Below, one piece after another: positions 29,039 to 38,037 of a DNA stretch of 64,000 nucleotides (its first letter is position 1; each line of letters opens with the position of its first letter). The notes beneath the pieces are model-generated. The model searched no databases and had not been told where the DNA came from. It saw nothing but the letters and a program-made list of their open reading frames with translations. The position numbers and the translations under genes are program-made. This DNA is from Candidatus Kryptonium sp. (GTDB lineage: Bacteria; Bacteroidota; Ignavibacteria; Kryptoniales; Kryptoniaceae). The stretch lies in assembly GCA_039630395.1 (NCBI GenBank), contig JBCNVC010000001.1, forward strand, positions 34,861-98,860. The letters are read 5' to 3'.

Positions 29039-29664
29039 AAATTCTTCCGTTCGTTTATGATCTCTTGATGTCCCCCGTAGAAAAACTTGGTTTGCAGAAA
29101 TTAAGAAGAAAAATTTTAAACTTAGTCAGCGGGGATAGAATTCTTGAGATCGGGGCTGGAACTGGGCTAAACATACCTGTTTATCCAAACGGGAAGAAAA
29201 TCGTCTGTATTGAGCCGAAATTCGGAATGATAAAAAAGGCAATTAAGAAAGCGGAAAGGCATGAAAAGAAGGTTTATTTTGTCTGTTCGGAAGTTGAAGC
29301 ATTACCATTTAAAAATGAAACATTTGATGTTGTTTTTGCAACTTTTGTGTTTTGCGAAGTTAGAAATCCAGAAGGAGGTTTTAATGAGATTTTAAGAGTT
29401 TTAAAACCAGGAGGGAAATTGATCCTACTTGAACATGTGAGACCAAATGGAAAAATAATTTCAAAAGTTTTTGATATTGGGAATAAAATAACTTCAATCT
29501 TCGGCGAAAACATAAATCGCGAAACTGTTGAGATCGCAGTTAAATCCGGTTTCTTGATTGAAAAGGTTGAAGATATATATGATGGAATTGTAAAGTTGAT
29601 AATTGGCGTTAAACGAACCAAGGTTGAAATTTTTGGAAACAATGATTCATCACCGAAAACTTAA
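29029..29664 (+). CDS. Class I SAM-dependent methyltransferase
   Basis: LEIGAGTG, LPFKNETFD, RVLKPGG..LEHVR. Confidence 0.88.
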   Translation: MALKILPFVYDLLMSPVEKLGLQKLRRKILNLVSGDRILEIGAGTGLNIPVYPNGKKIVCIEPKFGMIKKAIKKAERHEKKVYFVCSEVEALPFKNETFDVVFATFVFCEVRNPEGGFNEILRVLKPGGKLILLEHVRPNGKIISKVFDIGNKITSIFGENINRETVEIAVKSGFLIEKVEDIYDGIVKLIIGVKRTKVEIFGNNDSSPKT

Positions 29665-29786
29665 TAAACTGATTCAATCACAATATCAACTTAAGGTTTA
29701 TAAAGTTTATCAGGCTTTTCTGCGATCTCAATTATCTTACCGTGTCAAGAAATAGAGTGCAAAAGTTTGTGAGGCATTTTTTTGTT

Positions 29787-29815
29787 TTGATTTCAAGAAA
29801 TTTATTTAGTATATT
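29787..29815 (+). promoter_or_regulatory. Sigma70-type promoter for tRNA-Ser/bcp
   Basis: TTGATT-N17-TATATT, ending 11 bp before the tRNA. Confidence 0.6.
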
Positions 29816-29826
29816 AACAAAAAGCT

Positions 29827-29916
29827 GGAGAGGTGCCCGAGTGGCCGAAGGGAGCCGCCTGCTAAGCGGTTGTACCGCCAAAAGCGGTACCGAGGGTTCG
29901 AATCCCTCCCTCTCCG
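29827..29916 (+). tRNA. tRNA-Ser(GCT), CCA not encoded
   Basis: GGAGAGG/CCTCTCC acceptor stem, anticodon loop CTGCTAA, long variable arm GTACCGC/GCGGTAC, T-loop TTCGAAT, discriminator G. Confidence 0.96.
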
Positions 29917-29960
29917 CAAAATTTTTTACATTAAGTAAAATAAATTTAACAGAGGGCAAC

Positions 29961-30503
29961 ATGGCAAAATCTAAAAAACCAAAGACGACAAAAGCCAAAA
30001 ATAGATCTACTATAAAAACATCTGAATTGAAAGTTGGGCAAAAAGCTCCAAATTTTACACTCCCCTCTGACACAGGAGAAAAAATTTCACTAAAAGATTT
30101 TCGCGGTAAGAAAGTTGTTCTATATTTTTATCCTAAAGACGATACACCGGGATGCACAAAAGAAGCTTGTTCCTTCAGGGACAATATAAATCTGATCCTT
30201 GAAAAAGGTGCCATTGTTATTGGGGTCAGTGCTGACAGCGTGGAATCACATAAAAAATTCAAAGAAAAATATAATCTTAATTTTCCGCTCTTAAGCGACG
30301 AAAAACATAAGGTTCTTGAAAAGTATGGCGTTTGGAAAGAGAGAAGTCTTTACGGCAAAAAGTTTATGGGAACTGAAAGGACAACATTTATAATTGATGA
30401 ACAGGGGAAAATTGCACATATATTTAGAAAAGTCAAAGTTGATGGACACACTGAAGAAGTTCTGAAGAAACTTGATGAATTATCGCAAAAAGTCAGCGCG
30501 TAA
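29961..30503 (+). CDS. bcp: Thioredoxin-dependent peroxiredoxin BCP/PrxQ
   Basis: YFYPKDDTPGCTKEAC; start at ATG 29961, downstream of the tRNA. Confidence 0.93.
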   Translation: MAKSKKPKTTKAKNRSTIKTSELKVGQKAPNFTLPSDTGEKISLKDFRGKKVVLYFYPKDDTPGCTKEACSFRDNINLILEKGAIVIGVSADSVESHKKFKEKYNLNFPLLSDEKHKVLEKYGVWKERSLYGKKFMGTERTTFIIDEQGKIAHIFRKVKVDGHTEEVLKKLDELSQKVSA

Positions 30504-30516
30504 ATCTTAATGAGCC

Positions 30517-31713
30517 GTGCTTGAAATACCAAAATTTTATGAAAATTTTCTCGCAAAAGTTTCAAATGTTAATCTGAATTCCCTCCGACAGTTAAAGGGA
30601 ATTGGCGAGATCGTTTCCGCAATGTCAGAGTATTTCACCAGAAAGAACCTTCGCAAGGAATTTGTTTTTTATGACTATCTAAGCAATCATGAAGTCCAAA
30701 AGGGTTATCTCGTTTATTTTACAACTACAAATTTATTGAAAGTTCATGTCCCACTTAACGAAATCTCTCAATCTGGATTTTTCAAAGGCAAGAAAAAATT
30801 AGAGATACTTGATATAGGCACAGGGCTTGGCACGGTTGTAATGGGGATGATAATATGGATGCATGAAAATATCAGATATTTTAAAAATGCAGAAGTTAAG
30901 TTCGTTGCACTTGACAAGGTTGAACAAAACATTCAAAAGTTTCAAGAAATTTTCGAAGTTTTTATAAACGAACTTAAAAATCATTATCATCAAACGATAA
31001 AAATACAAATTGAACCAGCAATCTTTGATATTGAGCATGCCTTTGAGATGTTTGAAAAAAGATTTGATCTAATAACAGTCGCCAACACTTTAAACGAAAT
31101 AGCATACGAGAAGAGAAACAAACTTCTTCGCCTTATCAACGCTGGAATAAAAGACGATGGTTTCGTGATTTTAATTGAGCCAGCTCTTATGATAACATCC
31201 CGCGATCTTCTTGATTTTAGAAATAGAATGGTCAAACAAGGTTTCTACATCTACTCGCCTTGCTTAAGAAATTCAAATTGTCCTGCGCTTGAAACGGAAA
31301 AAGATTGGTGTCATACCGAGATAGGATGGAAACGCCCAGAATTTATACGCCAAATTGATCTTGTTTCAGGAAATTATAGGAAATCACTTAAATTTTCATA
31401 TATAGTCGCAAGCAAGCGTGATTTAAATTTAATTGATTTCGTTGTCGGTGAAAGAAACTTCAAAGATTATTTCAGAGTCGTAAGCCAGCTCATCATTGAA
31501 AAAGGAAAAAAACATTGTTATCTTTGCAATGAGATCGGAAGATTGCACTGCGTTAAGCTTGATAGAGTGAACTCTCCGAAGAATGAAGCTTTTGACGAGA
31601 TTGAAAGGTATGAAATTATTCACTTGAAAAATTTTGAAAAGACGGACGAAGAGATTAAAATTACTCCCGATACGGAAATTGAAAAAATTTTAAATAACGA
31701 AGGAAGATTTTAA
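30517..31713 (+). CDS. Rsm22/METTL17-like methyltransferase
   Basis: LDIGTGLG, ANTLNE, ILIEPA, YSPC..CP..WCH, LKFSYIV, EKGK..LC. Confidence 0.75.
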   Translation: MLEIPKFYENFLAKVSNVNLNSLRQLKGIGEIVSAMSEYFTRKNLRKEFVFYDYLSNHEVQKGYLVYFTTTNLLKVHVPLNEISQSGFFKGKKKLEILDIGTGLGTVVMGMIIWMHENIRYFKNAEVKFVALDKVEQNIQKFQEIFEVFINELKNHYHQTIKIQIEPAIFDIEHAFEMFEKRFDLITVANTLNEIAYEKRNKLLRLINAGIKDDGFVILIEPALMITSRDLLDFRNRMVKQGFYIYSPCLRNSNCPALETEKDWCHTEIGWKRPEFIRQIDLVSGNYRKSLKFSYIVASKRDLNLIDFVVGERNFKDYFRVVSQLIIEKGKKHCYLCNEIGRLHCVKLDRVNSPKNEAFDEIERYEIIHLKNFEKTDEEIKITPDTEIEKILNNEGRF

Positions 31714-31730
31714 ACAAAAAGGTATGAGAA

Positions 31731-32372
31731 ATGCGAGTACTTGACCTTTACATTAAGGGTGGATTAGTAATGCATTTAATTTCAATCACACTAATCCTTA
31801 TGATTTATGTCATAATTGAAAAGTTTCTAACAATCAAAAAAGCAAAGGCAAATGTAAAAGAGTTCATAATAAGCATCAAAGGACTCCTCAAATCTGGAGA
31901 CATCCCGGAGATAATAGATTACTGCAACACTCATAACACCCCAATTTCAAGGATATTTAAACAGGGTTTGTTAAAGTATGGTTTTGGAGAGGCGAAAGTC
32001 CGTGAAGCGATAGAGATGGCTGGAAGAACAGAGGTTTTTAACCTTGAGAAAAGATTAAGCATACTTGCAACGATAGCCGGAGTTGCGCCTTTGCTTGGAT
32101 TTCTTGGGACAGTTGCAGGGATGATAAATGCTTTCATGACAATACAAGCACTCGGTGGTATCGTCTCCCCTTCTGACCTTGCCGGTGGAATATGGGAAGC
32201 GCTCCTTACCACAGCTTACGGATTGATAGTTGGCATCCCTGCCTATGGATTTTATAATTACTTTGTCACGAAAATTAATCGCCTCGTCCATGAGATTGAA
32301 ATTGCGACGACGGAATTTATAGACATCCTAAGTTCAGAGGAATTCAAAAATCAGGTTAAATCGGAGAAATGA
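31731..32372 (+). CDS. exbB: MotA/TolQ/ExbB proton channel protein
   Basis: APLLGFLGTV.GMI, GIWEALLTTA.GL.VGIPA. Confidence 0.85.
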   Translation: MRVLDLYIKGGLVMHLISITLILMIYVIIEKFLTIKKAKANVKEFIISIKGLLKSGDIPEIIDYCNTHNTPISRIFKQGLLKYGFGEAKVREAIEMAGRTEVFNLEKRLSILATIAGVAPLLGFLGTVAGMINAFMTIQALGGIVSPSDLAGGIWEALLTTAYGLIVGIPAYGFYNYFVTKINRLVHEIEIATTEFIDILSSEEFKNQVKSEK

Positions 32373-32767
32373 AATTTGAAACGAGAAATAAACCTCTTAC
32401 AATTTTCACTTTTGCATCGCTCACGGATATAATTTTACAATTGTTGATCTTTTTTCTTTTGACATCTTCTTTCATAACTCAATCTGGAATAAGAATTCAA
32501 CTGCCCGTTTCTGAAACACGCGAGCAAATAAGCGATAGACATATAATAATCACATTAACAGCAGAAAATGAGATTTATGTCTTTGCTGAAAAGGTTTTAA
32601 AAGAAAATCTATCTTTAAAGCTAAAAGAGATCGCGGGCGAAAAAACAGATAAACTCGTCGTCCTTCGTGCTGATAAAAATGTCCCAATTCAAGAAGTTAT
32701 TGATGTAATGGATATTGCCAAATCAACTGGATTGACAAGATTTGTCGTTGCAACACAGGTAAAATGA
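32369..32767 (+). CDS. exbD: Biopolymer transporter ExbD/TolR
   Basis: SLTDIILQLLIFFL, LRADK. Confidence 0.85.
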   Translation: MKFETRNKPLTIFTFASLTDIILQLLIFFLLTSSFITQSGIRIQLPVSETREQISDRHIIITLTAENEIYVFAEKVLKENLSLKLKEIAGEKTDKLVVLRADKNVPIQEVIDVMDIAKSTGLTRFVVATQVK

Positions 32768-33519
32768 ACATGGAAAGAGAAACTCAAATAAAAGCGACGA
32801 TTTACACAACGATAGTTTGTATCATTATTTTCATCTTGATGTTGATTTACAAAATCACCGTTGATGTTGAAGAAACAGTTAAATTCACAGAAGTGGTTTT
32901 CATCCCACCAGTTGAAGAACAGATTCAACCGGTAAGTCGTGGCGGAGGAGCTCAAGGTTTGGGCAAGTCAGCAATGGCGATGAGAGCTATAAACCTTCCG
33001 AAAATAAACTTACCGACAAGATTTGTTTTAACAGAAGAAGAAATTTTACCGCATAAATTTGCAGAAAAGATTGATGTTATAGAAAGAAAAGGCGAAATAG
33101 AAGGAATTGGCTTCGGCGTTGGCAAAATCGGGACAGATGCAAGTTTGGGCAAAGAGATAAAACCAGAAATTGGCATTTCTAAAACGGGAAAAACTGGAAT
33201 TGGTGAAATAAAAAGAGATTTTGGAAGCGGACTTTCTCAAAAGCTTTCATATCATATTGAATGGGAAGGGAAAATCAACCGAGTTAAAGTTGGAGGTGAA
33301 TTGCCAAGATTTCCACAAGGGGTAAAAGAATCAGCGATAGTAAGATTTAAAGTTGTTGTTCTTCCAGATGGAACTATTGAAAGGATCTTCCCTCTTGAAA
33401 AGGCAAATCCAGAATTTGAACGCTCCGCATTTGAAGCACTTCAAACCTGGAAGTTTAACTCAATAGAGGAAAAAGTCAAACAAAGTGGTATCATAACATT
33501 TAATTTCAGGGTTGAATAA
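32764..33519 (+). CDS. tonB: TonB family energy transducer
   Basis: N-terminal TM, Gly-rich linker, C-terminal 'VLPDG..FERSA..L.TWKF'. Confidence 0.75.
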   Translation: MNMERETQIKATIYTTIVCIIIFILMLIYKITVDVEETVKFTEVVFIPPVEEQIQPVSRGGGAQGLGKSAMAMRAINLPKINLPTRFVLTEEEILPHKFAEKIDVIERKGEIEGIGFGVGKIGTDASLGKEIKPEIGISKTGKTGIGEIKRDFGSGLSQKLSYHIEWEGKINRVKVGGELPRFPQGVKESAIVRFKVVVLPDGTIERIFPLEKANPEFERSAFEALQTWKFNSIEEKVKQSGIITFNFRVE

Positions 33520-33546
33520 AACTTCCCACAAAAATGGAGGGGTAAA

Positions 33547-35025
33547 TTGGAGTGGATAAATGCAATTTTACTTGTTTTGATAATTTTTGGAATTATTGGT
33601 GTTTCCGAGTTTCTTAGAAAAATTTTTAAATTTAGTCCAGAGGTTACGAGAAAAGTCGTGCACATATCAGTTGGGGTTGTTGTTTTCCCGACACCGTTAA
33701 TTTTCAAAAGTCCAATTCCAGTTATTGCCATTGCTTTGTTTTTCATCGTTGTTAATTTTTTAAGTTTGAAATTGAGAGTTTTCAAAGGCATTGATTCCGT
33801 TGAAAGGCAGACTTATGGAACAGTTTATTATCCTTTTGCTTTTTTGCTTCTTGTTCTTGCTTTCTGGAAAAATTATCCTGCGATAATTTCAATTTCAATG
33901 TTGATTCTTGCACTTGGAGATGCCTTCGCTGCTATCGTTGGAGAAAATGTGAAAAATCCCAAATTTTATAATCTCACAGGTGATAGAAAATCGCTCCAAG
34001 GTTCACTTGCAATGTTTATAACTTCGTTCTCGATTGTGTTAATTTTTTTAATTTTAACTAATAACTTAAAATTGTGGTGGGGTGAATTTTTAAATCTTTC
34101 AATTGAAAAGATTATTTTGATCTCGCTCTTAACAGCTTTATTTGTCAGCTTAGTTGAAGGGCTTGGTTCATATGGATTTGACAATCTTTTCATTCCGCTT
34201 GGTTCAGCCTTTATGATTCACGCGCTTGCAATCGCAGAAAAATTAGATCAATTTGCGTTGGCTTTCCTTTTGGGATTTTTAATCTCATCTGTTTCATATA
34301 GATTGAAATTTTTGAGTTTAAACGGTTCAGCTGCAACTTTCCTACTTGCTGTGATAATTTTCGGTGTTGGAGGATGGAAGTGGACTGTGCCAATTCTTAC
34401 ATTTTTTATCTTGTCAAGTTTGATCTCAAAAATTGGAAAAGAGCGAAGAAAGAAGTTTGATCTAATTTTTGAAAAGACAAGCACACGAGATATCTACCAA
34501 GTTTTCGCAAATGGCGGAATAGCAGGAATTATCGCGATAGTATATCATTTTTATCCTAATGAAATTTTCTACTACGCATATCTTGCTTCTATCTCTGCCG
34601 CAACATTTGACACATGGGCAACTGAGATAGGAACACTGTTTTCTTCAAAGCCAAGATTAATCACAACTTTAAAACCTGTTGAACCAGGAACATCGGGCGG
34701 AGTTTCACTCAAGGGTACAATTGGTGGAGTAGTTGGCTCTATTTTGATATTTTTAAGTGCTTCTTTTTGGATTGAGTTAGGTTTCTTTAAATTTTTGATC
34801 ATAGTTTTTGCTGGGATAGTGGGAAGTTTTATTGATAGTTTTCTTGGGGCGACAATTCAAGCACAGTATAAGTGTAATGTTTGCTCAAAGATAACGGAAA
34901 AAGAGCTTCACTGTGATGGGATTGCAGATTTGATCCGTGGCAAAAAATGGATAAATAACGATTTTGTTAATTTTGTGTGCACAACATCTGGAGCAATGGC
35001 TGGACTTGTGCTAATGATAATCTAA
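33547..35025 (+). CDS. Phytol/dolichol kinase-like domain fused to DUF92 (TMEM19/VTE6-like)
   Basis: TRKVVH, GDAFAAIVG, KSLQGS, DNLFIP; then QVFANGG, DTWATEIG, GTSGGVS, DSFLGATIQ, NNDFVN. Confidence 0.85.
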   Translation: MEWINAILLVLIIFGIIGVSEFLRKIFKFSPEVTRKVVHISVGVVVFPTPLIFKSPIPVIAIALFFIVVNFLSLKLRVFKGIDSVERQTYGTVYYPFAFLLLVLAFWKNYPAIISISMLILALGDAFAAIVGENVKNPKFYNLTGDRKSLQGSLAMFITSFSIVLIFLILTNNLKLWWGEFLNLSIEKIILISLLTALFVSLVEGLGSYGFDNLFIPLGSAFMIHALAIAEKLDQFALAFLLGFLISSVSYRLKFLSLNGSAATFLLAVIIFGVGGWKWTVPILTFFILSSLISKIGKERRKKFDLIFEKTSTRDIYQVFANGGIAGIIAIVYHFYPNEIFYYAYLASISAATFDTWATEIGTLFSSKPRLITTLKPVEPGTSGGVSLKGTIGGVVGSILIFLSASFWIELGFFKFLIIVFAGIVGSFIDSFLGATIQAQYKCNVCSKITEKELHCDGIADLIRGKKWINNDFVNFVCTTSGAMAGLVLMII

Positions 35026-35042
35026 ATAAAAAACTTATCTCA

Positions 35043-35459
35043 ATGCCGTTCAGATTCAACGAAGATATAGCAATCGCCGATGTAGCAGTTGAAGTATGGG
35101 CTGATACAGCAGAAAAACTTTTTGAAGATTCAGGACTTGCAGTAAGTGAGGTCATGGTTGACACGCAAACGGTTGAACCATTAATTGAAAAACATATTTC
35201 TTTAAATTCAGATTCAATTGAGATGCTTCTATACGACTTTTTGGGGGAGATTGTTTACTTTAAAGATGCCCATTCATTGCTATTCTCAAAGTTTGATGTA
35301 AAAATTAAAGATTCAAATATCTACGCAAAGCTTTGGGGTGAAACAATCAATCGTGAAAAACATCATCTTAGAATTGATGTCAAGGCAGTGACATTATACA
35401 GATTTAGCGTGAAGTATGAAAACGGAATTTGGCGCGCTGAATTTGTGCTTGATATTTAA
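35043..35459 (+). CDS. Archease
   Basis: 'IADVAVEVW', 'DVKAVT', C-terminal 'FVLDI'. Confidence 0.88.
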   Translation: MPFRFNEDIAIADVAVEVWADTAEKLFEDSGLAVSEVMVDTQTVEPLIEKHISLNSDSIEMLLYDFLGEIVYFKDAHSLLFSKFDVKIKDSNIYAKLWGETINREKHHLRIDVKAVTLYRFSVKYENGIWRAEFVLDI

Positions 35460-35580
35460 AAAATTAACGAGGGAGTTAATTATAATCCCAACTAATACTT
35501 CTATTCGCATTATAGACATTGGAAATACTAATTCCTGCGAGGATTGAAAAACTTTAATCGGAGGGTATTTTATTGTGAGG

Positions 35581-35736
35581 ATCCGATATACAGTCAAATT
35601 AACCAAGGGGCAAGTTAATTAAATATTTTGGTGAAATCTTGGACATAAAATGGGCAGTGATAGCTTTTGAAACAGTTTTATCAGGGGCGAGTAAGTTAAT
35701 TTTACTCGCCCCTATTAGTTAATTCTGACTTGGGAT
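35581..35736 (-). other. Candidate structured RNA or inverted-repeat element
   Basis: Perfect 12-bp hairpin at 35683-35713 plus an imperfect long inverted repeat, 35592-35615 with 35704-35730. Confidence 0.45.
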
Positions 35737-36573
35737 TTATTTTAGCAGTTTTCTATATTTAGCGTATTTTTCCATTATTTTATCAACATAGTTTACTGTT
35801 TCCTGATAGTTGTTAAAATATCCACTTCTTGGTCGTCCACTTGCCCAAATGTATTTGTGAAGTGTGTAATAATCGTTTGAAAGGAGTGGTAGCATATTTC
35901 TTATTGTTTCCCACTTATTAGGGTCTTCTCCAAAATAAATTGCAAGTTGTTGGGCATCAAGAACACGCCCAGGTCCTGCGTTATAAGCGGCGAGTGCAAG
36001 TTTTAAGCTCTCGGTGGAGTCTAATCCTTTTGAATGAAATCTATTAAACTGGGTCCAAAGATAATGTATTCCAGCTACTATATTCTGCTCAGGGGTTTTA
36101 TAATCATAAATATGAGAAACATTTAAAACAAGTTCTTCGCCTGTCTCTGGCATTATTTGAAGAAGTCCATAAGCACCCTTTGGGCTTACTGCATCATGCC
36201 TAAAGTTTGACTCCTGTTGAATCACAGCAATGATTAATCTCCAATCAAAGCCATATATTTTTGAATACTTTTTTATCAAAGGGAGGTACTCTTTTAAACT
36301 CTCTGGTATTAGAGAATTGTTGGGGCTTAACGATGGGTCGGAACTTTGTTCCTCAGAAGAGGAAAGATCATTTAACTGAGTTTGGGTGCCCTGACCTGAG
36401 CTATAGGTAGCGGACTTGAACTGAGGATGTATTCCACTACAACTTATTGCAAATGTTATACTAAAAAGAAAAACAATAACTTTATGCCCTGCTTCAGCGA
36501 GAGCTCTACTATTAAGTCGTCGGGCTTTGCCAGTTCGTCTCCGCTCTCTATTTGGAATAAAAAATTTCAACAT
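35737..36573 (-). CDS. Lytic transglycosylase (SLT domain, MltF C-terminal-like), probable lipoprotein
   Basis: DWRLIIAVIQQESNF, GAYGLLQIMP, ALAAYNAG, ETVNYV; lipobox-like AISC. Confidence 0.9.
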   Translation of the reverse strand: MLKFFIPNRERRRTGKARRLNSRALAEAGHKVIVFLFSITFAISCSGIHPQFKSATYSSGQGTQTQLNDLSSSEEQSSDPSLSPNNSLIPESLKEYLPLIKKYSKIYGFDWRLIIAVIQQESNFRHDAVSPKGAYGLLQIMPETGEELVLNVSHIYDYKTPEQNIVAGIHYLWTQFNRFHSKGLDSTESLKLALAAYNAGPGRVLDAQQLAIYFGEDPNKWETIRNMLPLLSNDYYTLHKYIWASGRPRSGYFNNYQETVNYVDKIMEKYAKYRKLLK

Positions 36574-36606
36574 AAAAAATTACCGACTTTGTTTTTAAAA
36601 AATCTC

Positions 36607-36668
36607 AAAAAAGCAAGGGTTAAAAACTTTGGGTCTTACAAAGTGGGGCGTATTAATTTAACCCTTGC
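36607..36668 (-). promoter_or_regulatory. Terminator-like structure in the leader of the SLT gene
   Basis: 12-bp stem GCAAGGGTTAAA/TTTAACCCTTGC enclosing ACTTTG/CAAAGT, followed by U6 on the minus strand. Confidence 0.55.
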
Positions 36669-36817
36669 GATTATAAAATGCAAAATAAACATCTTAAAAT
36701 CTGTGATCTACACAACCCAACGCCGGAACGATTTTGATGATATCAACCTTAGGCAAGAATTTATTGATTTTCAATCGGTTTTTATTGTAAAAAATTCATT
36801 ATTAGGCTTACCTTCAC

Positions 36818-36846
36818 TTGAATTTTATCGTATAATTTGGTAAATT
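36818..36846 (+). promoter_or_regulatory. Probable dnaN operon promoter
   Basis: TTGAAT-N17-TAAATT with TG extension; SD GGAGGT before dnaN. Confidence 0.5.
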
Positions 36847-36888
36847 AATTCAGTTAGAATTGAAAATTACGAAAATTGGAGGTGGAAA

Positions 36889-38034
36889 ATGCGTTTTTTG
36901 ATCTCAAGCGATAGGCTAAAGGAAGCACTATCAAGGGTAAGTGCTGTCGTTCCTTCAAAGACAACCTTGCCTATACTCCAGGACATATTGTTTGAATTAA
37001 AAGGAAATACACTTTATCTAACCGCAACTGATCTTGAAATTTCAGTGCGGATGGCGATTAACCCTGTGGATGGAGAGGAAGATGGAGCAATAGCAATTCC
37101 AGAAGATAAGCTAACAAGTGTTATTAAGGCGCTACCTGAAGGCTTGCTTTTAAAATTCGAGTCACTTGATTCAGATAGAATTTTTATCACAACGAACAAG
37201 GGCGGGGAATACAAGATGAGTGCTGAACCTCCTGAGTCGTTCCCAGCAATCCCGGAATCAATTGATAGCACAGTTGGATTTGGAGTTACGATCTCTGGAG
37301 AAGTTCTAAAGGAGATAATAGAAAATACTGTTTTTGCGACCTCAAAGGAAGAACTGCGTCCCGCCACAATGGGTGTTTTATTTCAATTTAAAGAGAATGA
37401 ATTTATCGCAGTTGCAACAGATGGATATCGCCTTGTTAAAATATCACGCAAAGGAGTAGCAAACTTAAAAGGTAAATCCAACTCTTCAGGAGTCATAGTC
37501 CCTGCTAAAACGCTTCAAATTATAGCGAAGTCAATTGAAGACGAAGATACTTGTGAAATCTCCATAAATGAAAAACATATTCAATTTTCAACCGAAAATA
37601 TAACCATTATTTCAAGATTGATCGACGAAAAGTATCCTAATTATGAAAGTGTCATCCCGTATGAAAACAATAAAGAACTTATCGTTGAGCGAGATTTATT
37701 TCTTTCAACCGTGAAGCGAGTTTCTATTTTTGCAAACACAACTACTAATCAAATAAAGTTCACGCTTGATCCCAAAGGTTATGTAGAGGTTTCAGCTGAA
37801 GATATTGATTTCGGTGGCTCAGCTAAAGAGGTATTGAATTGCACATATAATGGAGATCCGATGGAAATTGGTTTCAATGCGAAATTTATAACCGATATAC
37901 TTGGACATCTTGATTCTGACCGAGTTATATTTAAATTTGGAAGTCCAACAAGGGCAGCGATTGTTCAACCACATGAAACGACGGAAGACAGGGAAATTCT
38001 AATGCTTGTTATGCCAATGAGATTAAACGCTTAA
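36889..38034 (+). CDS. dnaN: DNA polymerase III beta clamp
   Basis: ATDLEI, ATDGYRL, YPNYESVIP, IGFNAKF, LVMPMRL. Confidence 0.97.
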   Translation: MRFLISSDRLKEALSRVSAVVPSKTTLPILQDILFELKGNTLYLTATDLEISVRMAINPVDGEEDGAIAIPEDKLTSVIKALPEGLLLKFESLDSDRIFITTNKGGEYKMSAEPPESFPAIPESIDSTVGFGVTISGEVLKEIIENTVFATSKEELRPATMGVLFQFKENEFIAVATDGYRLVKISRKGVANLKGKSNSSGVIVPAKTLQIIAKSIEDEDTCEISINEKHIQFSTENITIISRLIDEKYPNYESVIPYENNKELIVERDLFLSTVKRVSIFANTTTNQIKFTLDPKGYVEVSAEDIDFGGSAKEVLNCTYNGDPMEIGFNAKFITDILGHLDSDRVIFKFGSPTRAAIVQPHETTEDREILMLVMPMRLNA

Positions 38035-38037
38035 AAG

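Noticed and set aside
29742-29960. N-terminal extension of the bcp ORF and antisense ORF 29732-30073
   Set aside because: Both run through tRNA-Ser; 'AEREGFEPS' is the usual tRNA antisense artefact
36500-36560. SAM-I-like string AGAGAGCGGAGACGAACTGGC on the minus strand
   Set aside because: It lacks the AUC, GCAAC and GUGC core elements and lies in an open frame leading to the signal peptide
36734-36746. TTGAT-GAT-ATCAA as an FNR box
   Set aside because: The spacer is 3 bp rather than 4, and the AT-rich context makes a chance match likely
36427-36843. 138-aa plus-strand ORF upstream of dnaN as a possible dnaA remnant
   Set aside because: No AAA+ or DnaA motifs; it overlaps the SLT start and the structured leader
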